From contig CAMDQP010000001.1 of assembly GCA_945906115.1 (NCBI GenBank), forward strand, positions 1 through 45,504: a DNA stretch of 45,504 nt, read 5' to 3'. Positions 10,660-19,870 of this stretch are shown here, piece by piece. Every line of letters begins with the position of its first letter. Position 1 is the stretch's first letter. The position numbers were made by a program, and so were the translations under genes. Below the pieces are notes generated by a model. It had not been told where the DNA came from. It saw nothing but the letters and a program-made list of their open reading frames with translations, and did no database searches. This DNA is from Opitutus sp. GAS368. Its GTDB lineage: Bacteria > Verrucomicrobiota > Verrucomicrobiia > Opitutales > UBA953.

Positions 10660-11715
10660 ATGGCCCGCGTCCAAGCCGTCACCTTTGACCTAGCAGGCAC
10701 CCTGCTCTTCCCGCACCCGTCGGTCGGTGCCGTGTATGCGGCTTGCGCGAAGCGACATGGCATCGAAATCGAAGCCGCCGTCCTGGACGCGTCGTTTCCG
10801 TTGGCGTTCAAAGGCGGCCCGAAGAACGCCAAGCCCGAAGTCTTCTGGAAGGAAGTCGTGCAGCGTTGCTTTGGTCCGGCGCTCCCGGCCTCCAAGATTG
10901 ATCCGGTCTTCAAGGAATGCTGGGAAGCATTTGCCCGACCCGAATCCTGGCGCATGGCCCCTGGTTCGCTGCAGGCGATTTCCGCCATCCGTTTCCTCGG
11001 CGTGAAGGTCGGCGTCCTTTCCAACGCAGATGTGCGCATGCGAAAGGTGCTCGAAGGCCATGGGCTGACGCGGCACCTGGACGGTATCTTCCTGTCCGAA
11101 GAAACCGGGCACTCCAAGCCTGACCCCAAGGCCTTTGGTCAGGCTGCCCGTGCGCTCGGCAGCTCGGTCTCCGGCTTGGTGCACTTCGGCGACAGTCCGA
11201 CGGAAGACGGCGAAGGGGCCCGGGATGCCGGAGCCACCGGAGTCGTCGTCGGTGGCGCGCACGCGCCAGAACGTTGCCTGCGCAACGAAAAGATTTCCGA
11301 ATCACCCTACGCGATTCGGGCCTTGCTCACCGAAGGTAAACTCAAAGGGAAGTTCTCGCGTACCGTGCAGAACCTGCTGGCGAACCTCCGCGGCCTGCCT
11401 GAAGACCGCGGTCGCTCCACTGATCGCGCGATGAAGACGATCGACGACGCCGTGCAGGACGCCTTCAAGAAGCTCCGGCTGGACAAACCCGTACCGGAGA
11501 CGGCCATCGTGGCCCATTGGCTGGAACTACTCCCGCTCAAGCTGGCCAAACGCTCCGCCCCTCTCCGCGTGCTCGAAGGCGGCAAGCTCGTCGTCCAGTG
11601 CGAGAACTCCGTGATTAAATCCGAAATCCGCTTCCACGAGCGGGCGATGCTAGCCAAGATTAGGCTACTGCGCGGATGTCAGGAGGTCAGGACAATCAGC
11701 TTCGTGAACGCCTGA
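10660..11715 (+). CDS. HAD-IA (REG-2/HDHD3-like) hydrolase fused to a C-terminal DciA/DUF721-like domain
   Basis: HAD motifs FDLAGT, LSNAD, KPDP, HFGDSPTEDGEGA; C-terminal ~120 aa W.ELL..LAKRSAP.R...GKLVV.CENSVIKSEI.F..ML.KI fits the DUF721 pattern. Confidence 0.8.
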   Translation: MARVQAVTFDLAGTLLFPHPSVGAVYAACAKRHGIEIEAAVLDASFPLAFKGGPKNAKPEVFWKEVVQRCFGPALPASKIDPVFKECWEAFARPESWRMAPGSLQAISAIRFLGVKVGVLSNADVRMRKVLEGHGLTRHLDGIFLSEETGHSKPDPKAFGQAARALGSSVSGLVHFGDSPTEDGEGARDAGATGVVVGGAHAPERCLRNEKISESPYAIRALLTEGKLKGKFSRTVQNLLANLRGLPEDRGRSTDRAMKTIDDAVQDAFKKLRLDKPVPETAIVAHWLELLPLKLAKRSAPLRVLEGGKLVVQCENSVIKSEIRFHERAMLAKIRLLRGCQEVRTISFVNA

Positions 11716-12108
11716 TCAGTTCGACATTGGCTCGAAGGGCTTCTGGAATACGTCCTTAAATTCGTAGACTTCCTTGAAGGCCTCGAGGTTGTCCTCGGGC
11801 GAGCGACCGAACATGCCGGTCTCGATGATATTAAAGACGATGTTGCCGACGTCGGCCGACTTCCGGAGACCCCAGTTATGGAGGAGCGGATAAGACATCG
11901 GTCCGTAGGTCTCGAGCACGTGCTGACGGAAACCTTCAAGTAACTGCGGGCCGCTGACGTGCCGGTTCGTAGTACTCTTGCCTTTTTTCGGCTCACCGTG
12001 CGTGAGCTTCTGCGCGAGGTCGAGCCCGAGGCGAACCACGTCATAAGCCTGGGGCTGATAACGGGGGTCCTTCTGGCGGATGATGCGGACAGCTTCGTCG
12101 AAATCCAT
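11716..12108 (-). CDS. Minf_1886-family protein (Verrucomicrobia/Planctomycetes-restricted)
   Basis: KDPRY...AY..V..GL, RHVSGPQLLEGFR, YGPM, WG, DVGNIVFN..E.G.F. Confidence 0.85.
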   Translation of the reverse strand: MDFDEAVRIIRQKDPRYQPQAYDVVRLGLDLAQKLTHGEPKKGKSTTNRHVSGPQLLEGFRQHVLETYGPMSYPLLHNWGLRKSADVGNIVFNIIETGMFGRSPEDNLEAFKEVYEFKDVFQKPFEPMSN

Positions 12109-12110
12109 GA

Positions 12111-13199
12111 TCAGAGTTTGGCTAGTTCGGAGAGCAGGCGGGCGTTCTGCGCTTCGGTGCCGACGGTCAGGCGGAGCCAGCCCGTCATGCCGTAACCGCG
12201 GAGCGGCCGCACGATCACGCCGGCCTTCTGCAGGAGGGTGAAAGCCTCCTCGGCCTTCGGGATCTGCGCGGCGAGGAAGTTGGCCTTTCCGTCGATGTAG
12301 GCGAAGCCGAGCTGCTTGAGGCCGGCGGACAGCTGCGCGATACCCGCGTCGTTTACTTCGCGGGTGCGACGAACGAAGGCATCGTCATCGAGGGCGGCTT
12401 CGGCGGCGGCAAGCGCCGGGAGGTTCACGTTGAACGGCTGACGGACGCGATTAAGGATGCCACAGACCTCGACCGAACCCAGCAGGTACCCGATGCGCAG
12501 TCCAGCGAGTCCATACGCCTTGGAGAAGGTGCGGGAAAGCACGACCTTACGGCCCGACTGCATGAGCGGACGTAAATCGGCGGAAGCTTCGAGGTATTCC
12601 GTGTACGCCTCGTCGAGACAGAAGATTACGTCCTCCGGCAAGGAAGCGGCGAAGGCGAGGATGTCGGCCGGATCGTCGGTGCCACCGGTCGGATTATTCG
12701 GACTAGCCAGGAAGACGAGGCGGGTCTTCGGAGTGACCGCGGCGCGCATGGCCTTGAGGTCATGGCGATAGCCAGGCATCGGGACTTCGACCGGTGTCGC
12801 ACCGAAGAGCATCGTTGCGAGCTTGTAAACGATGAAGGCTTGCGAACCGAACACCACTTCGTCGCCCGGGCGAAGGAAAGCCTGCGCCAGCATGATCATC
12901 ACCTCGTTCGAACCGTTGCCGATGACGAAATTACCCGGCTCCAGCGACCACTTCGTCGCTAATTTCTCGCGGAGGAAGGTGCAGCCGCCATCGGGATAAA
13001 GGTGACAATGTTCGAGTGCCTTGCGGGCGGCGGCTAAGCCAAGGGGCGAAGGGCCTAGGGGATTCTCATTGGAGGCGAGCTTGATGACGGCCGCGGGATC
13101 TAGGCCGAACTCACGGGCGACGACCTCGATGGGACGGCCGGCCTCGTAGACGGGTTGGGTGAGCACAGGGCGATTGGCTAGGTCTGAATAGGAAGCCAT
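12111..13199 (-). CDS. hisC: Histidinol-phosphate aminotransferase
   Basis: IKLASNENPLG, YPD, GNGSNE, PNNPTG, DEAY, RTFSKAYGLAGLRIG (PLP lysine); start ATG 13199. Confidence 0.95.
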   Translation of the reverse strand: MASYSDLANRPVLTQPVYEAGRPIEVVAREFGLDPAAVIKLASNENPLGPSPLGLAAARKALEHCHLYPDGGCTFLREKLATKWSLEPGNFVIGNGSNEVMIMLAQAFLRPGDEVVFGSQAFIVYKLATMLFGATPVEVPMPGYRHDLKAMRAAVTPKTRLVFLASPNNPTGGTDDPADILAFAASLPEDVIFCLDEAYTEYLEASADLRPLMQSGRKVVLSRTFSKAYGLAGLRIGYLLGSVEVCGILNRVRQPFNVNLPALAAAEAALDDDAFVRRTREVNDAGIAQLSAGLKQLGFAYIDGKANFLAAQIPKAEEAFTLLQKAGVIVRPLRGYGMTGWLRLTVGTEAQNARLLSELAKL

Positions 13200-13261
13200 G
13201 AATGAAGTAACCAATGTGACTGTTGGTCCAATTGGCAAGCGAGAGCGATCGCCCTCCCCGC

Positions 13262-13290
13262 TTGCCACTGGCACGACCGAGGCTTAAGCG
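13262..13290 (+). promoter_or_regulatory. Putative promoter of the RmlD-like gene (leaderless geometry)
   Basis: TTGCCA-17-TAAGCG-6-ATG(13297). Confidence 0.45.
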
Positions 13291-13296
13291 TGCACC

Positions 13297-14262
13297 ATGA
13301 AACTCGTCGTCACCGGCGCCTCCGGATTCCTTGGTCGCGAGGTCTGTCTCGCCGCCTTGCGACGCGGACACGAAGTCCTGGCGCTGGGCGGGACCCGCGC
13401 GCCGACGATCCCGGGCGTGGCGCAGGCGCGGGCGTTCGACCTCTGCTCCGAGGCCGCCCTCGAAGCCCTGGTGCTCGAAGAGTTCCCTCAAGCGGTCGTG
13501 CATTGCGCCGCCCTGCCGACGATCGAAGCCTGCCTGGCTGACCCCACGCGCGCCATGGTACTCAACTCCGACGTCCCGAAAAAGTTCGCGCAGCTGTGCT
13601 TCCACCTCGGCGCCAAACTTGTCCACCTTTCGACCGACACCGTCTTCGACGGCATCGCGGGTAGCTATCAGCCCACCGACCAACCCGCCCCCCTCAACCT
13701 CTATGGGGAGACCAAGGCGGCCGCCGAAGTCGATGTCCTGCGTTACGGCCGGGAACATGCCGCCGTGCTGCGCACCTCGCCGATTATTGGCAACTCGGTC
13801 AGCGGCGACCGCGGATTACATGAACGACTGTTCGCCTCCTGGAAGGAAGGCAAGTCGACCACTTTATTCACCGACGAGATTCGCCAGCCTGTCGAGGTGT
13901 CGAACCTCGCGGACGTCACCATTGAACTTTGCGAACGCAGCAACCTCTCGGGGCTCTATCACTGGGCAGGCACTGAAGCCATGAGCCGATATGAGATTGG
14001 CGTCCGGATCGCCCGGCATTTTGGACTTAATGCCGATGCCCTCGTGCGATCAATCAGCCGCGCAGAAGTACCCTCCGCTTCCGCCCGTCCGCGCGACCTC
14101 AGCCTGCGCCTACACCCATTGGCGGGAAAGCTTCGCACCCAGGCCCAATCCTTCAACGAACAACTCGCACCACTCCGTATTCCTCGCGGCAGTGAAGAAT
14201 GGTACGAGAAAGAGACTGGTCGAAAGGTCGTGCGTCGGCTGGAAAAAGGCGTAGACTTCTGA
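13297..14262 (+). CDS. RmlD-like extended SDR oxidoreductase
   Basis: TGASGFLG, HCAA, HLSTDTVFDG, P.NLYGETK (YxxxK), LFTDEIRQP, RPRD.SL. Confidence 0.85.
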   Translation: MKLVVTGASGFLGREVCLAALRRGHEVLALGGTRAPTIPGVAQARAFDLCSEAALEALVLEEFPQAVVHCAALPTIEACLADPTRAMVLNSDVPKKFAQLCFHLGAKLVHLSTDTVFDGIAGSYQPTDQPAPLNLYGETKAAAEVDVLRYGREHAAVLRTSPIIGNSVSGDRGLHERLFASWKEGKSTTLFTDEIRQPVEVSNLADVTIELCERSNLSGLYHWAGTEAMSRYEIGVRIARHFGLNADALVRSISRAEVPSASARPRDLSLRLHPLAGKLRTQAQSFNEQLAPLRIPRGSEEWYEKETGRKVVRRLEKGVDF

Positions 14263-14264
14263 GG

Positions 14265-14960
14265 ATGGACGTTCTCCCGCGTCAAGCCGCCGACGCCGTC
14301 GCCAACATGGCGGCGGACCTTTTGCTCTTGGAGTCCTATTCTGCGCCTAAGAACATTCGCTTCCGCGCCTATGCCTGGTCGGCCCCCGCCTTCACTTTTG
14401 GGGTATCGCAGTCGTGGGCCAAATACCGCGAAATCGTGCCCGCCCGCTACCCCCTCGTCCGACGCAGCACCGGCGGCGGCCTGGTTTCGCACCTAGATGA
14501 TTGGACGTTCGCCTTGGTAATTCCAGACGGACACCCTCTTTTTAAAGCTGATGCGATGGCCAGCTATGCCGCCGTGCATGAAGCCCTACTCCTAGCCCTC
14601 CTGCTCCAAGGCCAGCCGGTGCAGCTGGCACCCATGCCCTCGGGCACCCGTGATTTCCAATCGCCGGACGATTGCGCGCAACGCGCCGAACCCAACGACC
14701 TAGTCCGCAGCGATGACGGGCGCAAGGTAGCCGGTGCCGCCCAGAAACGCACTCGGTGCGGTCTGCTGATCGAAGGCTACATTTGGCGCCCCTTCCTGCC
14801 CGACTGCGATTGGGGCCGCTTTGAGAAGGACTTCGTTCGGACACTCAGCGCTGTGCTAAAAAGCCCGGCTGTTTCCGTACCCGAACCGACCTATCATCAG
14901 TTCGACCACGAAGGGACCTGGGCAAAGTTCGCCTCCCGGGACTGGAACGAGCGGATCTAA
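14265..14960 (+). CDS. Lipoate-protein ligase A / octanoyltransferase family protein
   Basis: NMAADLLLL, RAYAW..PAFTFG.SQ, RRSTGGG.V.H, GRKVAGAAQKR; ATG 14265. Confidence 0.85.
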   Translation: MDVLPRQAADAVANMAADLLLLESYSAPKNIRFRAYAWSAPAFTFGVSQSWAKYREIVPARYPLVRRSTGGGLVSHLDDWTFALVIPDGHPLFKADAMASYAAVHEALLLALLLQGQPVQLAPMPSGTRDFQSPDDCAQRAEPNDLVRSDDGRKVAGAAQKRTRCGLLIEGYIWRPFLPDCDWGRFEKDFVRTLSAVLKSPAVSVPEPTYHQFDHEGTWAKFASRDWNERI

Positions 14961-17500
14961 GCAAAGAGATCGAGCTCCGGACCGGCTTCCTTGGCCTTTG
15001 GCTTAGGCGTAGCGGGCTTCTTGGGCTCAACGGCTGGCCTAGGCACTCCGGCCATCGGCAAGGCCTTGGCGGGCAAGCCTGAGCCAGCCTCAAGCCCTGC
15101 CAAGATTTCCCGGGCACGCTGGACGACCGCCGGGGGCATACCGGCCAACCGGGCGACCTGGATACCGTAAGAACGGTCAGCCGCACCCGGGACCACCCTG
15201 CGGACAAAGACGATCTCGTCCTTCCACTCCTTGACGGCGACGGACCAGTTGCGCAGCCGCTGCATGGAGTCGGCTAGTTTGGTCAGTTCGTGATAGTGGG
15301 TGGCGAAAAGGGTGCGCGGTCCGGCTTCGGCGCCACCGTGGAGATGCTCGGCCACGGCCCAAGCGATGCTGATACCGTCATAGGTGCTTGTGCCGCGACC
15401 GATCTCGTCCAGCACCACCAAAGAACGCGTCGTGGCATTATTCAAGATATTGGCGGTCTCGTTCATCTCGACCATGAAGGTCGAGTTGCCCCGCGAAAGT
15501 TCGTCAGACGCGCCGACGCGGCAGAAGATCCGGTCGACGAGGCCAATTCGCGCAGAAGCGGCCGGCACCCAGCAACCAAGATGGGCGAGCATGGCAATGA
15601 GTGCGACCTGGCGGATGTAGGTCGACTTGCCGGCCATGTTCGGTCCGGTGAGCAAGGCGATCTGCTCACCAGTGCTACTCAGGCGGGTGTCGTTGGGGAC
15701 GAACGAACCAGCGCCCGGACGAGCTTGCAGCATCCGCTCCACGACAGGATGGCGGCCTTGCTCAATCTCCAGCGTATCAGTGTCGTCGACGATGGGTTTG
15801 GTCCAGTTGGCTTCGCGAGCGAGTTCGGCCCAGCCACGGACGATATCGACCTCGGCGACCGCCTGCGCCGTGGCCAACAAAGACTCTGTGCGGGCAATGA
15901 CTTCAGCGAGGAGGGCCTGGAAGAGTTCGGTCTCGCGGGCGAGCGCCTGTTCGTCGGCCCGCAGGACCTCGCGTTCCTTGGTCCGGAGTTCTTCGGTCGT
16001 GAAGCGCTCGGCATTCACCATGGTCTGCTTGCGGATATAATCGGCGGGCACCGCCGCGAGATTGGCCTTGGTGATCTCGATGGCGTAGCCGAAGGCACCG
16101 TTGTAACGGACCTTCAGCGACTTGATGCCCGTCCGGTGCTGCTCGTTGCGCTCGAACTCGGCGATCCAGCCCTTGCTGTCGGAGGCGAGCGAACGCAGTC
16201 GATCGAGTTCGCCGTCGAAACCTGCTCGAAGTGCCCCACCTTCACTCAGATCGACAGGGAGCTCATCGCCCAAGGCGGACTCGAGCCTTGCGAGGAGTTC
16301 AGGCTCGGGATTGATGCGGCCGGCCTGTTCGGCGAGCGCGCCTCCCGGAAGAGCCAGCAGTTCTTCCCGGATCGGAGGAAGGGAGCGAAGCGTATCGCGG
16401 ACACCGCCGAGTTCGCGCGGATTCCGGAGGCGGTTCTGCAAGCGAGCGAGGATGCGGGCGATATCGCGGACACCACGCAGCGCTTCACCGACGCGGGAGG
16501 AGGCGCCGGGATGCTTAAAGAATTCGCCGACGGCGTTCTGGCGTTGGGCGATCGTGGCGAGGTCGGTCGAGGGCTCGGCCAGCCAGAGCGCCAGCAAACG
16601 GGCTCCCGAGGGAGTCTCCGTCCGGTCGATCGTCTCGAGCAGCGAACCTTCGCGCGAGCCATTGGAAGATACGAAGAGTTCGAGGTTACGGGAAGAGGCC
16701 GCATCCAGCAGGACGGACGAACCCAGCTTAGTCTCAATCAGGCGGAAAAGATTCTTCGGACGGTCGCAGAGCGAATCGGTGACATAACCCAGGACGGCGC
16801 CCGCCACGCCCAAGGCGGGATGTTCTTCGGTCAGACCAAAACCCGCGAGGCCATGGACCGAGAGGGTCTGGGCGACGAGCCGAGCGCCGGCGGTACCATC
16901 AAAGTTCCATCCAGGCAGACGGGAGACGGCCCTCCCTTGCAGAAAGACCTCCAGCGCTTCACGATGTTCAGCGGGAGGCTCGAGTCCCTCCGGGAGGATA
17001 ATCTCCCGGGGAGAGACCGAGTGAAGCAAAGGGAGCAAGCGCGCGGGAGAGGCATCCGTCGCTAGCCGAAAGTCGGCCGTCGATACATCCAGCCAGGAAG
17101 CATGCCAACCCTGCTTATCCCAAGAGATAGCCGCCAGGTAGTTTCCCCGACGTGAATCGAGCTGCGAATCTTCAAGCGCCGTGCCAGGAGTTAGGATGCG
17201 GGTCAGGCCACGACGGACCAGCTTGCCGGCGACCGGTGCTTCGAGTTGATCGCAGATCGCGACCTTCCAGCCGGCCGCCAGGAGACGGTTCACGTAGGCG
17301 GGAGCGGCATGGTGCGGCAAGCCGGCCATCGGCGTCTCGTGACGCTTCGTGAGCGTCAGCCCTAAGACCTTGGCTGCCACCACGGCATCCTCGCCGAAGA
17401 CCTCATAGAAGTCGCCCAGGCGAAAAAACAGGACCGTGCCCGGGGAGAGTTTCTCACGAAACTCGCGGTACTGACTCTGCATCGGGGTTTCTTTTTCCAC
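14957..17500 (-). CDS. mutS: DNA mismatch repair protein MutS
   Basis: TPMQSQY, FRLGDFYE, TGPNMAGKSTYIRQ, STFMVEM, DEIGRGTST, ATHYHEL, SYGIQVARLAG; GTG 17500 keeps the conserved TPM motif. Confidence 0.97.
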   Translation of the reverse strand: MEKETPMQSQYREFREKLSPGTVLFFRLGDFYEVFGEDAVVAAKVLGLTLTKRHETPMAGLPHHAAPAYVNRLLAAGWKVAICDQLEAPVAGKLVRRGLTRILTPGTALEDSQLDSRRGNYLAAISWDKQGWHASWLDVSTADFRLATDASPARLLPLLHSVSPREIILPEGLEPPAEHREALEVFLQGRAVSRLPGWNFDGTAGARLVAQTLSVHGLAGFGLTEEHPALGVAGAVLGYVTDSLCDRPKNLFRLIETKLGSSVLLDAASSRNLELFVSSNGSREGSLLETIDRTETPSGARLLALWLAEPSTDLATIAQRQNAVGEFFKHPGASSRVGEALRGVRDIARILARLQNRLRNPRELGGVRDTLRSLPPIREELLALPGGALAEQAGRINPEPELLARLESALGDELPVDLSEGGALRAGFDGELDRLRSLASDSKGWIAEFERNEQHRTGIKSLKVRYNGAFGYAIEITKANLAAVPADYIRKQTMVNAERFTTEELRTKEREVLRADEQALARETELFQALLAEVIARTESLLATAQAVAEVDIVRGWAELAREANWTKPIVDDTDTLEIEQGRHPVVERMLQARPGAGSFVPNDTRLSSTGEQIALLTGPNMAGKSTYIRQVALIAMLAHLGCWVPAASARIGLVDRIFCRVGASDELSRGNSTFMVEMNETANILNNATTRSLVVLDEIGRGTSTYDGISIAWAVAEHLHGGAEAGPRTLFATHYHELTKLADSMQRLRNWSVAVKEWKDEIVFVRRVVPGAADRSYGIQVARLAGMPPAVVQRAREILAGLEAGSGLPAKALPMAGVPRPAVEPKKPATPKPKAKEAGPELDLFA

Positions 17501-17507
17501 TGCGAGC

Positions 17508-17536
17508 AGGGAAACTCTCCGCAAACGCGTGCGCAA
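17508..17536 (-). promoter_or_regulatory. Putative mutS promoter (leaderless geometry)
   Basis: TTGCGC-17-TTCCCT-7-GTG on the minus strand. Confidence 0.45.
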
Positions 17537-17552
17537 GAACGGACTACCCTCC

Positions 17553-17571
17553 CCCGCCCCCGCGGGGCGGG
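17553..17571 (-). terminator. GC hairpin just downstream of the PhoH gene, possible terminator without a U-tract
   Basis: CCCGCCCC-CGC-GGGGCGGG perfect 8-bp stem, 7 nt after the stop. Confidence 0.35.
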
Positions 17572-17578
17572 AAGTTGC

Positions 17579-19114
17579 TCACATCAGCTGGGCGGCCAGC
17601 TCGGACAGGGCGCTGCGGACGCCACTGATCAGTCGCACGTTGGCGATGATAGCATGGCCCTTCATGCGCTCATGGGTATGAATGAGCCCGTTGGACTTAC
17701 CGTCGAGGTAAGGGGTATCGACCTGATCCAAGTCTCCGATGAGGACGACCTTGGAGCCCTCCCCGATGCGCGTGATGACCGTCTTGGCTTCGTGCGGGGT
17801 CATGTTCTGCGCCTCGTCGACGATCATGAAGGCATGACCGATTGAGCGACCGCGGATGAAGGTCATCGCTTCGATTTCGATAAGACCCGAGTCGATGAGC
17901 CATTGATAGGGCTTACGGGGCTGACTAACGGCCTGAAATTGCGAACCGAAGATCGGCTGCGGCGCTTTCATCGCCTGGGCCTTCTTCTGTCGACGTTGCG
18001 AATCGGTGGCCACTGCCTCCTTGGCCAACGGCATGGGCGCGGAGTTTCCGTTCTTCGAGAAGAGGACCTCAAGGTTGTCGAAGTAAGGTTGGATGTAAGG
18101 CGAAAGTTTTTCCTCCTTGGTGCCGGGAAGCGCACCGATGTCCTTACCGATCTGCACGACCGGACGGGAAACGTAGAGCTTCTTGTAAGGTGAGAAATCG
18201 CTGAGCACCTGCGAGAGCGCGGCGGCGATGGAAAGAAAAGTCTTACCGGTGCCGGCACGACCGAAGCAGGTGACGAGACGGATTTCGGGATTAAGGAGAG
18301 CGTCGAGAAAGATCCATTGCTCAAAGTTCTTGGGGATGACGCGCATGCCGCGGGGCATCTGAAGACCTTTGCGGGCACCGCTGTCCGAAGACATGAACTC
18401 GCGATAGAGTCCGAGGGGAACGAAAGCGCCTTCACCGACGTGGCGAGCCGGCTCGGTCCACGAGTCGGACGTGAACATCACGTATTCGTTCAAGATAAGG
18501 GGCGGCTCTTCCTTCACCTTCACCTGCACCTGGCCGAGTTCGCGGAAATCGCGCATGGCTGCGGCTGTCACCTTGATGGTGCGGTATTCACCCTCGTCGC
18601 TGGTCTCAACGCGGTCGTTACGATAATCCTGGACGTCCACCCCGAGGGCTTGGGCCTTGAGCGCCATGCAAGCGTCCTTGGTGACGAGGATCACCGGACC
18701 CTTCGAGGTGTCGCGCATGTAGATTGCGGAAGCGATGATGCGATGGTCTGGGGCGTCGACCTGCATGAACACGGCGCGGACTCGTTCGGCCTTGGCTCCG
18801 TTGAAGTGGTCGCGGATGAGCGACTCATTAATGACGATGCGGAGTTCACCGCCGTCGCAAAGCTTCGCGTGCAGGGCGCCGGGTTTCGTCGGGTCGCCAT
18901 CCACAATCTCCTTTAATGGACGATTCTCAAAGAGACTTCGGATTGACCGATTAACCCGTCGCGCGCTGGCGCCGAGTTGACCTTGCTGGGTCTTCAGACG
19001 ATCGAGCTCAGACAAGACCTCGACAGGCACAGCGACAATGTGCTCGTCGAACTTGAACAGGGACTCGGGATCGTGAATTAGTACGTTGGTGTCCAGGACG
19101 TAAGTCTTTTTCAC
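17579..19114 (-). CDS. PIN-PhoH fusion protein (PhoH2/YlaK type)
   Basis: PIN YVLDTNVLIHDP and LVTKD; PhoH GRAGTGKT, SRP, IGALPG, IRGRSI, DEAQN, GDLDQVD; GTG start with GAGGAG upstream. Confidence 0.93.
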   Translation of the reverse strand: MKKTYVLDTNVLIHDPESLFKFDEHIVAVPVEVLSELDRLKTQQGQLGASARRVNRSIRSLFENRPLKEIVDGDPTKPGALHAKLCDGGELRIVINESLIRDHFNGAKAERVRAVFMQVDAPDHRIIASAIYMRDTSKGPVILVTKDACMALKAQALGVDVQDYRNDRVETSDEGEYRTIKVTAAAMRDFRELGQVQVKVKEEPPLILNEYVMFTSDSWTEPARHVGEGAFVPLGLYREFMSSDSGARKGLQMPRGMRVIPKNFEQWIFLDALLNPEIRLVTCFGRAGTGKTFLSIAAALSQVLSDFSPYKKLYVSRPVVQIGKDIGALPGTKEEKLSPYIQPYFDNLEVLFSKNGNSAPMPLAKEAVATDSQRRQKKAQAMKAPQPIFGSQFQAVSQPRKPYQWLIDSGLIEIEAMTFIRGRSIGHAFMIVDEAQNMTPHEAKTVITRIGEGSKVVLIGDLDQVDTPYLDGKSNGLIHTHERMKGHAIIANVRLISGVRSALSELAAQLM

Positions 19115-19159
19115 ATCTCCTCACGTGACCAAAATTGGAGAGAGCGCAATCCGTAAAAA

Positions 19160-19462
19160 TTATTTCGTGACGTCCATTGCGCTTAGGTATTCCCAGCTAT
19201 AGATACCTGTACGATGTCCGTCGCTGAACTCTAAAGTGACGGCATAGTTGCCGACGCGACTCAATCCGGTGACGACGACACCGGGGAATCTTCGAGGCCC
19301 GTCGCCAACCCAACGCTGCCCGAGGATGTCGACCTCACCCATGTTCTCGGCGCTCGGCGAAAGCTCACGAAGTAGTTCCGCCCGGAGGCATTGCTCACGG
19401 CCATCTTCCCAGGTGATGGCAACGAAATCACCGATAATCTGAAGGTCTCGCGGCGGCCGCAT
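19160..19462 (-). CDS. DUF971 (GBBH-like N-terminal) domain protein
   Basis: W.DG, LRELSPSAE, VGNYAV...FSDGH.TGIYSWEYL; ATG 19462. Confidence 0.9.
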   Translation of the reverse strand: MRPPRDLQIIGDFVAITWEDGREQCLRAELLRELSPSAENMGEVDILGQRWVGDGPRRFPGVVVTGLSRVGNYAVTLEFSDGHRTGIYSWEYLSAMDVTK

Positions 19463-19558
19463 AGCCCCAAAGTGCGGCCTGTCGACGCGGTGGCAAGCAG
19501 GGAGCGGACGGCGGGACGACCTTGACTCCCCGGACATGGTCGGGAGTCTAATCAAACT

Positions 19559-19864
19559 ATGGCAGGCGTAGGCAAACTCCTCAAACAAGCCCAGAAGATG
19601 CAACGTGGCATCGCTGAGGCCCAACTTCAGCTCACTGCGGAGACACTCGACGTCTCCCATGGCGGTGGCGCGATCAAAATCACGGTCAACGGCCATGGAC
19701 TGGTCCTAGCCCTGTCGATCGACCCCGACTTCATCAAGGAGGATAAGGCGATGGTCGAGCAGTCCCTCGTCGCCGCCCTGCAGGAAGCATCGGCCAAGGC
19801 TCGGGAACTCCATGAAGCCACGATGTCGAAGGCCACGGCCGGGTTCTCCCTGCCTGGGATGTAA
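19559..19864 (+). CDS. ybaB: YbaB/EbfC nucleoid-associated protein
   Basis: LLKQAQKMQ, GGGAIKITVNG, IDP; directly upstream of recR. Confidence 0.93.
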   Translation: MAGVGKLLKQAQKMQRGIAEAQLQLTAETLDVSHGGGAIKITVNGHGLVLALSIDPDFIKEDKAMVEQSLVAALQEASAKARELHEATMSKATAGFSLPGM

Positions 19865-19870
19865 TCGCTC

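Noticed and set aside
10569..11129. N-terminal extension of the 332-aa ORF 10131..11129
   Set aside because: Overlaps the HAD gene; the lipoprotein signal begins at ATG 10568
15290..17065. 591-aa antisense ORF opposite mutS
   Set aside because: Shadow ORF of a conserved gene; composition typical of a reverse-frame translation
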